A stretch of 61,828 bases of DNA, taken from NCBI GenBank assembly GCA_032718475.1, contig JAUCBJ010006495.1:1-61828 (forward strand). Direction: 5' to 3'. The notes below the pieces were generated by a model. That model had not been told where the DNA came from. It ran no database searches and was given only the letters and a program-made list of their open reading frames with translations. The stretch is from Nemertoderma westbladi. Taxonomy: Eukaryota; Animalia; Xenacoelomorpha. Of the stretch, positions 24,179 to 35,800 are shown piece by piece (positions within the stretch are counted from its first letter, which is position 1; every line of letters begins with the position of its first letter). Position numbers and translations under genes: made by a program.

Positions 24179-26248
24179 TATCAGAAAGATTTACTCAACA
24201 AAAAATAGTGTAAATAAATAAACAACTACAAGGATAAGAGGTCATGTGTAGGAAAGCTAATCAGACGATACCTTTACTAATATATTGAGCTGCATTGATC
24301 TATACATAGTAATGTTGGGTGATGGGGGGGGGGGGAGGGGTAGGGGGTGTCTGGGTGGGTTGTTAGTATTAGGGTGCACAATATCGACGCACGCGCAGGA
24401 ATGTGTTGATGTTTAATAGCACCGCATTCCCGCGTTAGAAAGCATCCCCAATTGGAATAAATAAATAAATTAAACGCGTTTCGTTATGTTCCTCGACTTA
24501 TATTATTCTCTCCACGGACGAGTTATTAGCTGCTAGACAGGTAGACCTAGTCCCCCACAACAACGGTCATACCTTCAATCAATCAATCAATTGAGCTCAT
24601 ATGAGCTCGTATATTAGTTTTATTTATAAATTGAAATCTCACGAATTAATAGGCCTATTAGCTGATTAGTGAACTATCATATGTTAGACCATATATATAT
24701 ATTATATATTGGACCTTATCAAAATAGCGGTTGTACTGGGGCGGTATATGTTGTTCTCTAACCCACTGCAAGCGCATTTGAGGGGCCGGTATGTTTTAAT
24801 AACTTCTGGTACAACGGGATGCAGTATTACAGCGCCAAGTAGATTTAATCTGATCAGAATATTCCGGACGCTAAGTTCATGTCATTCCCGATAAGTCGGG
24901 ACTTTACAAAACTCGTGGATAAAACCGCGTGTAGCAGAGAGCAGATAAATTGGGTTGAATTGCAAAACAGAATAATATGGAACTGTAAGTGGAACTGCGG
25001 CGATTTGGGTTTTTTTGTTATGGTGAATAGTCAGCCTGTCCGCGATATGTTCAGCTGCCCTTTTTAATGGGTTGCAGGTACAAATGAAATACACATTGCA
25101 GTTACTAAAATAAAAGTGGCGCATATTATTGTACATTTACAACAACAATTATATAAATGCAATATGCCTGATCCCTATTAATGTACTTTGTACCGCCAAT
25201 TCTGTAATTCAATAACGCAAAGCCGCGTTTACTGTACAGCAGCACGTAATATATTTGATACTTATTATACTAACTAAACTAACAAACCGCAAGGCCTACT
25301 TACCGAAATAAATTAACTTTCAGTTAAATACAATATACTTGTTTGCTCTGTAAAAATTTTAATTAAAAACAATCCTGCCATTTAATATACCTAATTAGCA
25401 TGGTTGCGTAAGCAGTATGAATTGGAATGAAATTGTGAAATAATTTATTTAAACTATTATGTACATTTAGATTAAATAATAATACAGTAAGTTGGCCTAC
25501 AGAAATAAACATTGATATTCGGAACAGTAAAACAATTATTTATTTCATTCATTCAACTAACCAGAGAGACTCATAGCTCCAGTGAATATTAACATCCCGA
25601 CGTTACTTTAGTAATAATATTAATGTCATTGAACCCGATACACACACACCTCCAATCAGCCAGTTCAATGGAGAGTGAGTGAATGGATGGCTACTAGCAG
25701 CAGCAGCAGTCTGCCTCTTACAAGCAAGGCTGACTGAATACCTCAAGTGTTGCTGGGAATCAAGCCAACTTGGATGTTAACCAATAAATGAGCAGTATTT
25801 AATGAGAATACATTTTTTATGCCGGTTTAATTACTTTAGATCAATTAAAGACACGATTATTAAAGCAAATCACTTGAACTAATTAAAAACTATAATAGAA
25901 TGGAGTATGCGGATTACATCTGTATATTTTTTAAGTATAATTATTGAAGTCTTATACTGTAAAACAATTAATTTCCTTTAAAAGGCAGGTTGAAAATGGT
26001 GTTTTTACCGTAATCAACTTAATTAACTAATTAACTGCTATTATCTTAGCTTCTCGAAGGCCACACGGAAATTCTACTTGGAAAATTTCTAAACTTTTGC
26101 CATACAACATGTGTACCAAGTTTGGATAGATTTCATCAAAGATTGGCCGAGTTATTAACGTTTAAAATTGAACACGACAGAACGACAGAACGACAGGTTG
26201 ATTAATGGTACCACTACGCTAAGGCTCACTCACTTCGTGGCTCGCCCC
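23801..26248. mobile_element. TIR-less non-autonomous element, copy 1 (HINE/DINE-1-like features), inserted in minisatellite A
   Basis: The array unit GTGGAGAC|AGGT is split at this point and resumes in register at 26251. Ends ACGTTCGTGG... and ...TTCGTGGCTCGCCCC are shared with 28892-29946. AC on both flanks; ATGTGTACCAAGTTT and (ACGACAGA)n near the right end. Confidence 0.8.
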
Positions 26249-26468
26249 ACAGGTTACTTATTAGGTCCCAGTAGAGACAGGTAACTTAGTAGGTCCCAGT
26301 AGAGACAGGTAACTTAGTAGGTCCCAGACTGCTGTAAAGACATGTAACTTAGTAGGTCCCAGACTGCAGCAGAGACAGTAACTTAATAGGTTCCAGACTG
26401 CAGTAGAGACAGACCAACTTAGTAGGTCCCAGGCTGCTGTAGAGACAGGTAACTTAGTAGGTCCCAGT
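26249..26468 (+). repeat. Distal remainder of minisatellite A
   Basis: About 7 units with the same variant order as 23451-23610 (GTAAAGACATG, GCAGCAGAGACAGTAAC, GACAGACCAAC). Confidence 0.95.
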
Positions 26469-27805
26469 CTCATGAATTTGGAACATTCCATTGGTCATTC
26501 TGTAATGTTTCATCAAAATTGACACAATAGTTCAAAAGTGCTGCTTGTGGTAGCTGCCAAAATATACAACAATATGATTCTATATAGAATTAGACCTCAC
26601 ATAGAGAAACTGCAGCGTAAGAGCTAAAACGGATTTCGACCAAATAGATCAACAATAGCTCAGATACTTGCGCTATGGAGACTGATTGAGGGAACTAAGT
26701 CAAAGAATCTTCCTGCAGTCCTGACTTTTGTGGACTTCAAGAAGGCATTCGACTCAATCCATAGAGGTAAAATGCTGGAAATGCAAAGAGCTTATGGAAT
26801 ACCAAAAGTAATTGTTGCTGGCATTGGATAGTTATATTGTGACACAGAAGCGCAGGTACTCTCACCAGATGGTGAAACTGAGTTTTTCTCAATCCTGGCT
26901 GGCGTACTGCAAGGTGACACATTGGTGCCATTAATATTTGTAATTGTACTGGATTACGCAATGAGGGCGGCCACAAAGAGTGAAGATCTGGGATTCACAC
27001 TACAAGAACCCAGAAGTAGTAGATATCCGGCAACTACAGTCACAGACACCGACTTTGCGGATGACATCGCCCTGCTCTCTAATACTCTAGCAGATGCACA
27101 GCTTCTACTAAATAAAGTGGAGAGGGCTGCTAAGGAGGTTGGATTGCATATAAATGCTACCAAGACCGAATTCATGACTTATAATGTTAATAGAAACTTG
27201 ACAACCATTGATAATAATCAACTAAGGAAGGTCGATGACTTCCAGTACCTAGGATCGTGGATAGAGAGTAGCAAAAAAGACATAGAAGTTAGGAAAGCAA
27301 TGGCTTGGGTAGCTCTGTCAAAAATGGATACCATCTGGAAATCAGATCTCTCCAGGCACCTGAAGACAAAGTTCTTTCGAGCCACAGTGGAAAGTGTATT
27401 TTTGTGTGACCTGGACACTGACTAAATCACTTGAACAACGAATTTTATGGTTGCTACACAAGACTACTAAGGGCAGCCCTAAACATCAGCTGGAGACAAC
27501 ACATGACAAACGCCGAGCTTTATGGTACAATACCACCTGTATCAACCACCCTCCGAGAACGCAGATTAAGATTCAGTGGGCACTGCTGGAGAAGTAAAGA
27601 CGAGGCCATACCAGATCTACTTTTCTGGCAACCAACTCATGGAAAGCGTAGTCGTGGACGACCGTCCATAACATATATAGATCAACTTGAAAGGGATACT
27701 GAACTTGGGAGAAACGAAATTGCGACAACTATGGAGAATCGGGAAGCCTGGAAGGATCTCTTTTCCACTGTCCGAGTTCGCTCGACCTAGTAAAGTAGTA
27801 GTAGC
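26469..27805 (+). mobile_element. 5'-truncated decayed RTE-clade LINE
   Basis: RT motifs FVDFKKAFDS, GVLQGDTL, DTDFADD, FQYLGS and C-terminal RRLRFSGHCWR...LLFWQPTHGKRSRGRP (ORFs 26922-27425 and 27431-27790). Stop followed by a short (TAG)n tail; no TSD found. Confidence 0.9.
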
Positions 27806-27972
27806 AGTTCAAAAGTAAAAAGCCTAGACGAAGTGATATTTAGCACCAGTGATATTCCAGAACGAAGAAAATTATGCCTTATTTCAAAACAATTATTGAC
27901 TGAACCGTTGCTGAGATATTGGCGTCTAAATATTGAGCCAGACAGACGTATACTGAATGACAGATAGAAAAC

Positions 27973-28373
27973 GGTTACGTCGCGTTTCGGCAACTGTCAC
28001 GTTTAGGCAACTAAAATTCGCGTTTCGGCAACTGAACAATTACGTATCACCAACTGCTATAGTTGTGTTTCGGCAACTCGTAGTTGCATTTCGGCAACTC
28101 GTAGTTGCATTTCGGCGAACTGAAGTCGCGTTTCGGCAACTAGGTATCGTTTTGTTTACGAGTTGCCGAAACGCATCTATCAGTTTGACTAAGCGCATCC
28201 TGTTAACAGTTGCCGAAATGCAACACTGAGTTGCCGAAATGAAACTATGAGTTGCCGAAATGCATCACTCAGTTGCCGAAACGCAACCTTGTTACCATGT
28301 TGCCGAAACGCGACTATGAGTTGCCGAAACGCGTCTCTAACGCTACTATCAGTTGCCGAAACGCGACAACACC
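27973..28373. mobile_element. ~400-bp MITE built of inverted TTTCGGCAACT subrepeats
   Basis: Left arm repeats GTTTCGGCAACT and right arm repeats AGTTGCCGAAA. Termini GGTTACGTCGCGTTTCGGCAACTG / CAGTTGCCGAAACGCGACAACACC. Near-TSD TAGAAAAC / TAGAAACC. Confidence 0.8.
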
Positions 28374-28891
28374 TAGAAACCGCCGATTTGGCCCTAAATT
28401 TAACGGTATGCTAAGGCACGCTTATTTCGTGATTCGCCAAACAAGTCCGAAATTCCGCTACATTTATTAGCAAGCGAACTCGCGAACGTATTCGGAAATG
28501 GCTCGTCTTCCTTTAGTCTTTTCTGATGCCGAAATAAGGTTATAATTATATTTGATAGCCGTGGTTCCATTACAAATCGTTCTATTTCTATCAGCGGCCC
28601 GGGGGTTTAATTCCGCGACTAAGGAGCTAAATTCCTACAGGGCGTTAACCTATAGTGAATTCAGGTGTCCATATACAACGTGGAGATACTTGCCCGGAGT
28701 CCAAATAATTAAATCATCCTTCGACCACTGCACATGTCTATAAGCAATGTCGTTAATATGGAACCAACTGAGACGATATATCACCACCACTGGTCTTCGT
28801 TTACCGACAGTAATGAAGTTCATTATTAAGGCAATACTACTAGGCAATACTCTATCAGTGTTGTCTGACAACCATTTGTTTTTATAGTAAC

Positions 28892-29946
28892 ACGTTCGTG
28901 GTGCCTTCGCGCAGCACGAGGCTCAGTTATCAGATACAGATTAAAATGGAGCAATTCTATTCCAAAATCGGTACTTAAGAAATTTAAATAAATAAATAAG
29001 ACTTTTAACCAAACCGCCATTAAGAATAAATCAAAGAAGAGGGGAAAGTTCCCCCCTTGCTTCAACCGCCCTCTTAATCTGCACCACTCCAACCAAACCA
29101 ACCAAAGGAGCACAGAGGATTAATGAAATCCTGAGGTGTTAAAAGGAAATTTGTGTTTTAAAAGTAATATATTATTTTTAGGTGTGGAGGCAACCCAATT
29201 TGTAAAAATTATTAAAACTTACCATATGTCGATAGTATTGATACTGAAATATTAATTTATCATGTCAACACCTCAACGAAATTATTTAGCTAATTATTCT
29301 AAAGAATCACGATTAAATACTCCCAGGCAATAATTTTGCGAAATAAAGCAAGCTGGTTTATTAGTAAGGCTGGCTGGCACCTTACACTAGTAGTGACTGC
29401 CTATGTCCTATAGATGTAATTACCCGTTGCCAAGTAGTGGTGATATGATTGGACTGTTTCCCAACTAATAGGCAATAGCAAGTATGCCAAGGAATGAGGG
29501 AGCTGGAAGTATAAAGTAAAGGAATGCATTTTGATAACTTAATTACTTTTAGATCAATTAAAAACTATAATGGAATGCGGTATGGAGATTACATCTGTAT
29601 AATTTTTAAGTATAATTATTTATATCTTATACTATAAAATAATTAATTTCCATTAAAACTCATGTTGAAAATGCTGTTTTTACCCCAATCAAATTAATTA
29701 ATTTTAAATTAATTAATTAACTGAATTTATCTTGCCTTCTCGAAGGCCACACGCAAATTCAACTTGGAAAATTTCTAAACTTTTGCCAGATCAAAACATG
29801 TGTACCAATTTTGGATAGATTTTATCGAGATTTGGCTGCCTTATTAACGTTTAAATAAAATTGAACATAACAGAAAAATACAGACACACACCGATTGAGT
29901 TAGTGGTATCCGTATGTTAAGCTCGTTTACATTCGTGGCTCGCCCG
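28892..29946. mobile_element. TIR-less non-autonomous element, copy 2
   Basis: Shares its left ~150 bp with 23801 onward and its right ~410 bp with about 25826-26248; different interior; AC on both flanks. Confidence 0.8.
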
Positions 29947-30204
29947 ACTAGCTACCTAGATAAAATGTGCAACATAACGTTGAAATCGGCCATTGTAATA
30001 CATTTTAACCCGAATGGCGGGTGCTATGAAATTACAAAGAGTTTATGGTATTCCGCTCCGCGATATTCGGAGTGACATTATTAAAGTTAGAATATCATCG
30101 GTCTGCAACTGGAAACTCTTGATGTAAAGAACTTCAACCATACAACAGATATAATGAATAAATACATGCAAACATTGGCACAAACAGATTGGGAGCCTAA
30201 ATTC

Positions 30205-30423
30205 GGGTAGGTGTAAAACGCGGATCTGTATCCGGATTCCAAAATTATCAATTAAGGGAAAGGAGCAGGTTACAGTGGCACGTTATTTTAACCAAAACAA
30301 TCAACTAAAGTCAATAGAACAGGTTATAGTTTTATTTTTGGGAGTTATAAAAATGTAAAAAAAATCGACTTCCGTAGGGACAATGTTAAATGTAGAATCC
30401 GGATCCGCGTTTTACTCTGACCC
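30205..30423. mobile_element. 219-bp MITE with 9-bp TSD (Mutator-like)
   Basis: TIRs GGGTAGGTGTAAAACGCGGATC / GATCCGCGTTTTACTCTGACCC; exact TSD CCTAAATTC at 30196-30204 and 30424-30432. A related terminus lies at about 17600-17682. Confidence 0.85.
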
Positions 30424-30738
30424 CCTAAATTCCCGCGAAAGGTAATCTTTAGATAATTCCGGTATTCATTAGGGTTTGTTTGAAACAAGACATGCATTTA
30501 CTATGGATTCTCTCTCCTCTAAGGCAGGCAGGTTGGCGTCTAAATTCCCTAAAAACTCTGATTTTCCCATGCTTCAAAATAACTCTATAACTATATTTTT
30601 AAGATGAATGTTTATTTGTATATTTACTTGCATCGCAATACCTTGAATTAAGTGCGACTTTATATGTGGTTCCATGATGCTTAAACAATAAGGCTTATTA
30701 TATTATTAGAGTTATATATTATATTTTTATTACTTCAG

Positions 30739-30858
30739 GCAACTAAAACGTGATCGAGATTTCCGTGGATTTCAGCGAGAAATTCCTAGCAGTTCGTACA
30801 ATAACAGACGGGTATCTGAGTCAGAGAGACAAGGTCCGTGGGACGATGTTAATCCGAG
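30739..30858 (+). CDS. EIF4ENIF1: 4E-T coding exon 3 (120 nt; correct frame absent from the ORF track)
   Basis: Acceptor TTATTACTTCAG, donor GAG|GTAGGT, phase 2-2. Encodes QLKRDRDFRGFQRE..., like the basic RDRDF stretch of 4E-T. Confidence 0.75.
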
Positions 30859-31253
30859 GTAGGTGGGACAAAGAATGTCGGAAGTTAAATCAAATCTTAC
30901 TTAAATCAAATCTTGTTTGCAGATGCCTCAATCCTGTGTAGTCTGCATGTTGTTATGTATTAGTATTTAGACGGGATGAGACTTTTCGGGATCGGGACCG
31001 GGATTGTCACTCTCGGGATCCCACTTTTCGGGATTGTGATTACAATTTTGAATTAATTTCCCTAAAGTTAGTAACTGAACGTAGTTTATTTTCAAAATTA
31101 TAATGTTGCAGCGCTCGGTACACTGTAGATAGATTACGACTCACGAGGTTTCAGGTACTGCTTTATTGATAATTAATGAAATCTCGTACAATGAATACCA
31201 CAACAATTTATATTCATATGATATACTAAATATTACTAAACTGTTTTATTTAG

Positions 31254-31510
31254 GGATTCGGGATATCGACGTAATTCTTCGAGCCAAGATCACGAGGAGG
31301 AGCCGTCCTGGATGACAGAGTGTTCCCATCAGGAAGACATGATGGAACTCAAAGGATTTGATGATGACGCCATCACACTTCCGCTCAAGGAATCCTCTCT
31401 GCCTCGGAGTCTCAGTGACGATGATGATCTTCCACTACCTAGCGACGAGAGCGGACCTCTGAGTTGGAGACAACCTGCTATTCGGAGGGAGAGAAGGCGG
31501 AAGAAATCAG
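31254..31510 (+). CDS. EIF4ENIF1: 4E-T coding exon 4 (Cup homology / DDX6-binding domain)
   Basis: Acceptor GTTTTATTTAG. Encodes RRNSSSQDHEEEPSWM...DMMELKGFDD, matching EEEPEWF...IELTGFDD. Donor CAG|GTAAAT; phase 2 in, 1 out. Confidence 0.9.
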
Positions 31511-31560
31511 GTAAATTATAGCATTATAGCATAAAATATATAATCGCGTAAAATGGGTAT

Positions 31561-32190
31561 CCAAACAGTCTTTCTGGCCGCGCATTGGTTAGTGTGGTTA
31601 CCGAAACAGTATGTCTGGCCGCGCATTAGTTAGTGTGGTTACCGAAACAGTATGTCTGGCCGCGCATTGGTTAGTGTGGTTACCGAAACAGTATGTCTGG
31701 CCGCGCATTAGTTAGTGTGGTTACCGAAACAGTATGTCTGGCCGCGCATTGGTTAGTGTGGTTACCGAAACAGTATGTCTGGCCGCGCATTGGTTAGTGT
31801 GGTTACCGAAACAGTATGTCTGGCCGCGCATTAGTTAGTGTGGTTACCGAAACAGTATGTCTGGCCGCGCATTGGTTAGTGTGGTTACCGAAACAGTATG
31901 TCTGGCCGCGCATTGGTTAGTGTGGTTACCGAAACAGTATGTCTGGCCGCGCATTGGTTAGTGTGGTTACCGAAACAGTATGTCTGGCCGCGCATTGGTT
32001 AGTGTGGTTACCGAAACAGTATGTCTGGCCTCGCATTGGTTAGTGTGGTTACCGAAACAGTATGTCTGGCCGCGCATTGGTTAGTGTGGTTACCGAAACA
32101 GTATGTCTGGCCGCGCATTGGTTAGTGTGGTTACCGAAACAGTATGTCTGGCCGCGCATTGGTTAGTATGGTTACCGAAGCAGTATGTCT
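31561..32190. repeat. 41-bp minisatellite (~15 copies)
   Basis: Unit CCGAAACAGTATGTCTGGCCGCGCATT(G/A)GTTAGTGTGGTTA, nearly invariant; starts 50 bp into intron 4. Confidence 0.95.
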
Positions 32191-32625
32191 AACTAAGACC
32201 CAGTAGCAGATAGAATAGACCGTCAGACTGACGTAAGTGACGGCTTCAGTTCAATATTGCGATCTGTTTCTGCTTCGCATTATTAGGCAAATCAAACCTT
32301 GTTATATTTTAGTTTTCGTTCTGTTCGTACATCCATGTGAGGCGAGCACCAAAGCTGTAGTGAGACTTAACATAAAAATAAATGTTGTCCAAATGGCCAT
32401 TATCCGTCCGTCTGGTGCAATATTTGAATGTCAAAGTGACGGCTCTGTCAAATGTTATGAAATGTGTTACTTTTGGTCAAGAAAATGATTTGGTAGCAAA
32501 GCTCAGACGGTCTGCGAAATCCCCATCGAGATTTAAGACAGTTTGGAAGACAAAACCGTTAAATCCGTTGATAATCCGTCAGCTGATTAATAATTATTTG
32601 TTAATTTTTTTTCTCTCTATAAAAG

Positions 32626-32848
32626 AATCGGCAGCGAAAAAAGATAAAACAGATGTTAATGCTGGGGATGCGGATGGCAGTAAAAGTTTACTAAACGACA
32701 AAGAGCAGCCTACGTCAGAGGTACAAAAACCACCGGTCACTAAAATCAACAGAGATATACGTGATGCGGATGAGTTGTTCAGTCTAACTGACGAACTCAG
32801 TTTGGCTCTAATGGGCGGTGCGGATGACCCTGTACCCAAAGGAAGCAG
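32626..32848 (+). CDS. EIF4ENIF1: 4E-T coding exon 5
   Basis: Pyrimidine tract plus AAAAG acceptor, phase 1 in. Ends PKGS-R and joins FSKLF of the next exon (cf. 4E-T SRFSRWF). Donor CAG|GTAGGA, phase 2. Confidence 0.8.
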
Positions 32849-35800
32849 GTAGGAACACTCAGTAGCAGTAGGAACACTCATTAGCAGGTAGGAACACTCA
32901 ATAGCAGTAGGAACACTCATTAGCTGGTAGGAACAAAAGAACACTCAGTAGCAGATAGGAACAAAAGAACATTAATTAGCAGATAAGGACACTCAGTAGC
33001 AGGTAGGAACACTCATTAGCAGGTAGGAACACCCAGTAGCATGTAGGAACAAAAGAACACTCAGTAGCAGATAGGAACAAAAGAACATTAATTAGCAGAT
33101 AAGGACACTCAGTATCAGGTAGGAACAAAAGAACACTCAGTAGCAGATAGGAACAAAAGAACATTAATTAGCAGATAAGGACACTCAGTAGCAGGTAGGA
33201 ACAAAAGAACACTCAGTAGCAGATAGGAACAAAAGAACATTAATTAGCAGATAAGGACACTCAGTAGCAGGTAGGAACAAAAGAACACTCAGTAGCAGAT
33301 AGGAACAAAAGAACATTAATTAGCAGATAAGGACACTCAGTAGCAGGTAGGAACACTCAGTAGCATGTAGGAACAAAAGAACATTCAGTAGCAGATAGGA
33401 ACAAAAGAACATTAATTAGCAGATAAGGACACTCAGTAGCAGGTAGGAACAAAAGAACACTCAGTAGCAGATAGGAACAAAAGAACATTAATTAGCAGAT
33501 AAGGACACTCAGTAGCAGGTAGGAACAAAAGAACACTCAGTAGCAGATAGGAACAAAAGAACATTAATTAGCAGATAAGGACACTCAGTAGCAGGTAGGA
33601 ACAAAAGAACACTCAGTAGCAGAGGGACACTCAGTAGCAGGTAGGAACAAAAGAACACTCAGTAGCAGGTAGGAACACTCAGTAGCAGGTAGGAACAAAA
33701 GAACACTCAGTAGCAGATAGGAACAAAAGAACATTAATTAGCAGATAAGGACACTCAGTAGCAGGTAGGAACAAAAGAACACTCAGTAGCAGATAGAAAC
33801 AAAAGAACATTAATTAGCAGATAAGGACACTCAGTAGCAGGTAGGAACATTCAGTAGCAGGTAGGAACAAAAGAACACTCAGTAGCAGATAGGAACAAAA
33901 GAACATTAATTAGCAGATAAGGACACTCAGTAGCAGGTAGGAACAAAAGAACACTCAGTAGCAGAGGGACACTCAGTAGCAGGTAGGAACAAAAGAACAC
34001 TCAGTAGCAGAGGGACACTCAGTAGCAGGTAGGAACAAAAGAACACTCAGTAGCAGAGGGACACTCAGTAGCAGGTAGGAACAAAAGAACATTAATTAGC
34101 AGATAAGGACACTCAGTAGCAGGTAGGAACAAAAGAACACTCAGTAGCAGATAGGAACAAAAGAACATTAATTAGCAGATAAGGACACTCAGTAGCAGGT
34201 AAGAACACTCAGTAGCAGGTAGGAACACTCAGTAGCAGGTAGGAACAAAAGAACACTCGGTAGCAGATAGGAACAAAAGAACACTCAGTAGCAGATAGGA
34301 ACAAAAGAACATTAATTAGCAGATAAGGACACTCAGTATCAGGTAGGAACAAAAGAACACTCAGTAGCAGATAGGAACAAAAGAACACTCAGTAGCAGAT
34401 AGGAACAAAAGCACATTAATTAGCAGATAAGAACACTCAGTAGCAGATAGGAACAAAAGAACATTAATTAGCAAATAAGGACACTCAGTAGCAGGTAGGA
34501 ACACTCAGTAGCATGTAGGAACAAAATAACACTCAGTAGCAGATAGGAACAAAAGAACACTCAGTAGCAGATAGGGACATTCAGTAGCAGGTAGGAACAC
34601 TCAGTAGCAGGTAGGAACAAAAGAACATTCAGTAGCAGATAGGAACAAAAGAACATTAATTAGCAGATAAGGACACTCAGTAGCAGGTAGGAACAAAAGA
34701 ACACTCAGTAGCAGATAGGAACAAAAGAACATTAATTAGCAGATAAGGACACTCAGTAGCAGGTAGGAACAAAAGAACACTCAGTAGCAGATAGGAACAA
34801 AAGAACATTAATTAGCAGATAAGGACACTCAGTAGCAGGTAGGAACACTCAGTAGCATGTAGGAACAAAAGAACACTCAGTAGCAGATAGGAACAAAAGA
34901 ACATTAATTAGCAGATAAGGACACTCAGTAGCAGGTAGGAACAAAAGAACACTCAGTAGCAGATAGGAACAAGAGAACATTAATTAGCAGATAAGGACAC
35001 TCAGTAGCAGGTAGGAACACTCAGTAGCATGTAGGAACAAAAGAACACTCAGTAGCAGATAGGAACAAAAGAACATTAATTAGCAGATAAGGACACTCAG
35101 TAGCAGGTAAGAACACTCAGTAGCAGGTAGGAACACTCAGTAGCAGGTAGGAACAAAAGAACACTCAGTAGCAGATAGGAACAAAAGAACATTAATTAGC
35201 AGACAAGGACACTCAGTAGCAGGTAGGAACAAAAGAACACTCAGTAGCAGATAGGAACAAAAGAACACTCAGTAGCAGATAGGAACAAAAGAACATTAAT
35301 TAGCAGATAAGGACACTCAGTAGCAGGTAGGAACACTCAGTAGCATGTAGGAACAAAAGAACACTCAGTAGCAGATAAGGACACTCAGTAGCAGGTAGGA
35401 ACAAAAGAACACTCAGTAGCAGATAGGAACAAAAGAACATTAATTAGCAGATAAGGACACTCAGTAGCAGGTAGGAACAAAAGAACACTCAGTAGCAGAT
35501 AGGAACAAAAGAACACTCAGTAGCAGATAGGAACAAAAGAACACTCAGTAGCAGATAGGAACAAAAGAACACTCAGTAGCAGATAGGAACAAAAGAACAC
35601 TCAGTAGCAGATAGGAACAAAAGAACATTAATTAGCAGATAAGGACACTCAGTAGCAGGTAGGAACAAAAGAACACTCAGTAGCAGATAGGAACAAAAGA
35701 ACATTAATTAGCAGATAAGGACACTCAGTAGCAGGTAGGAACACTCAGTAGCATGTAGGAACAAAAGAACACTCAGTAGCAGATAAGGACACTCAGTAGC

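Noticed and set aside
23793-24221. 142-aa ORF with poly-Pro
   Set aside because: Crosses the array/element junction; the prolines come from poly-C runs; no recognisable domain.
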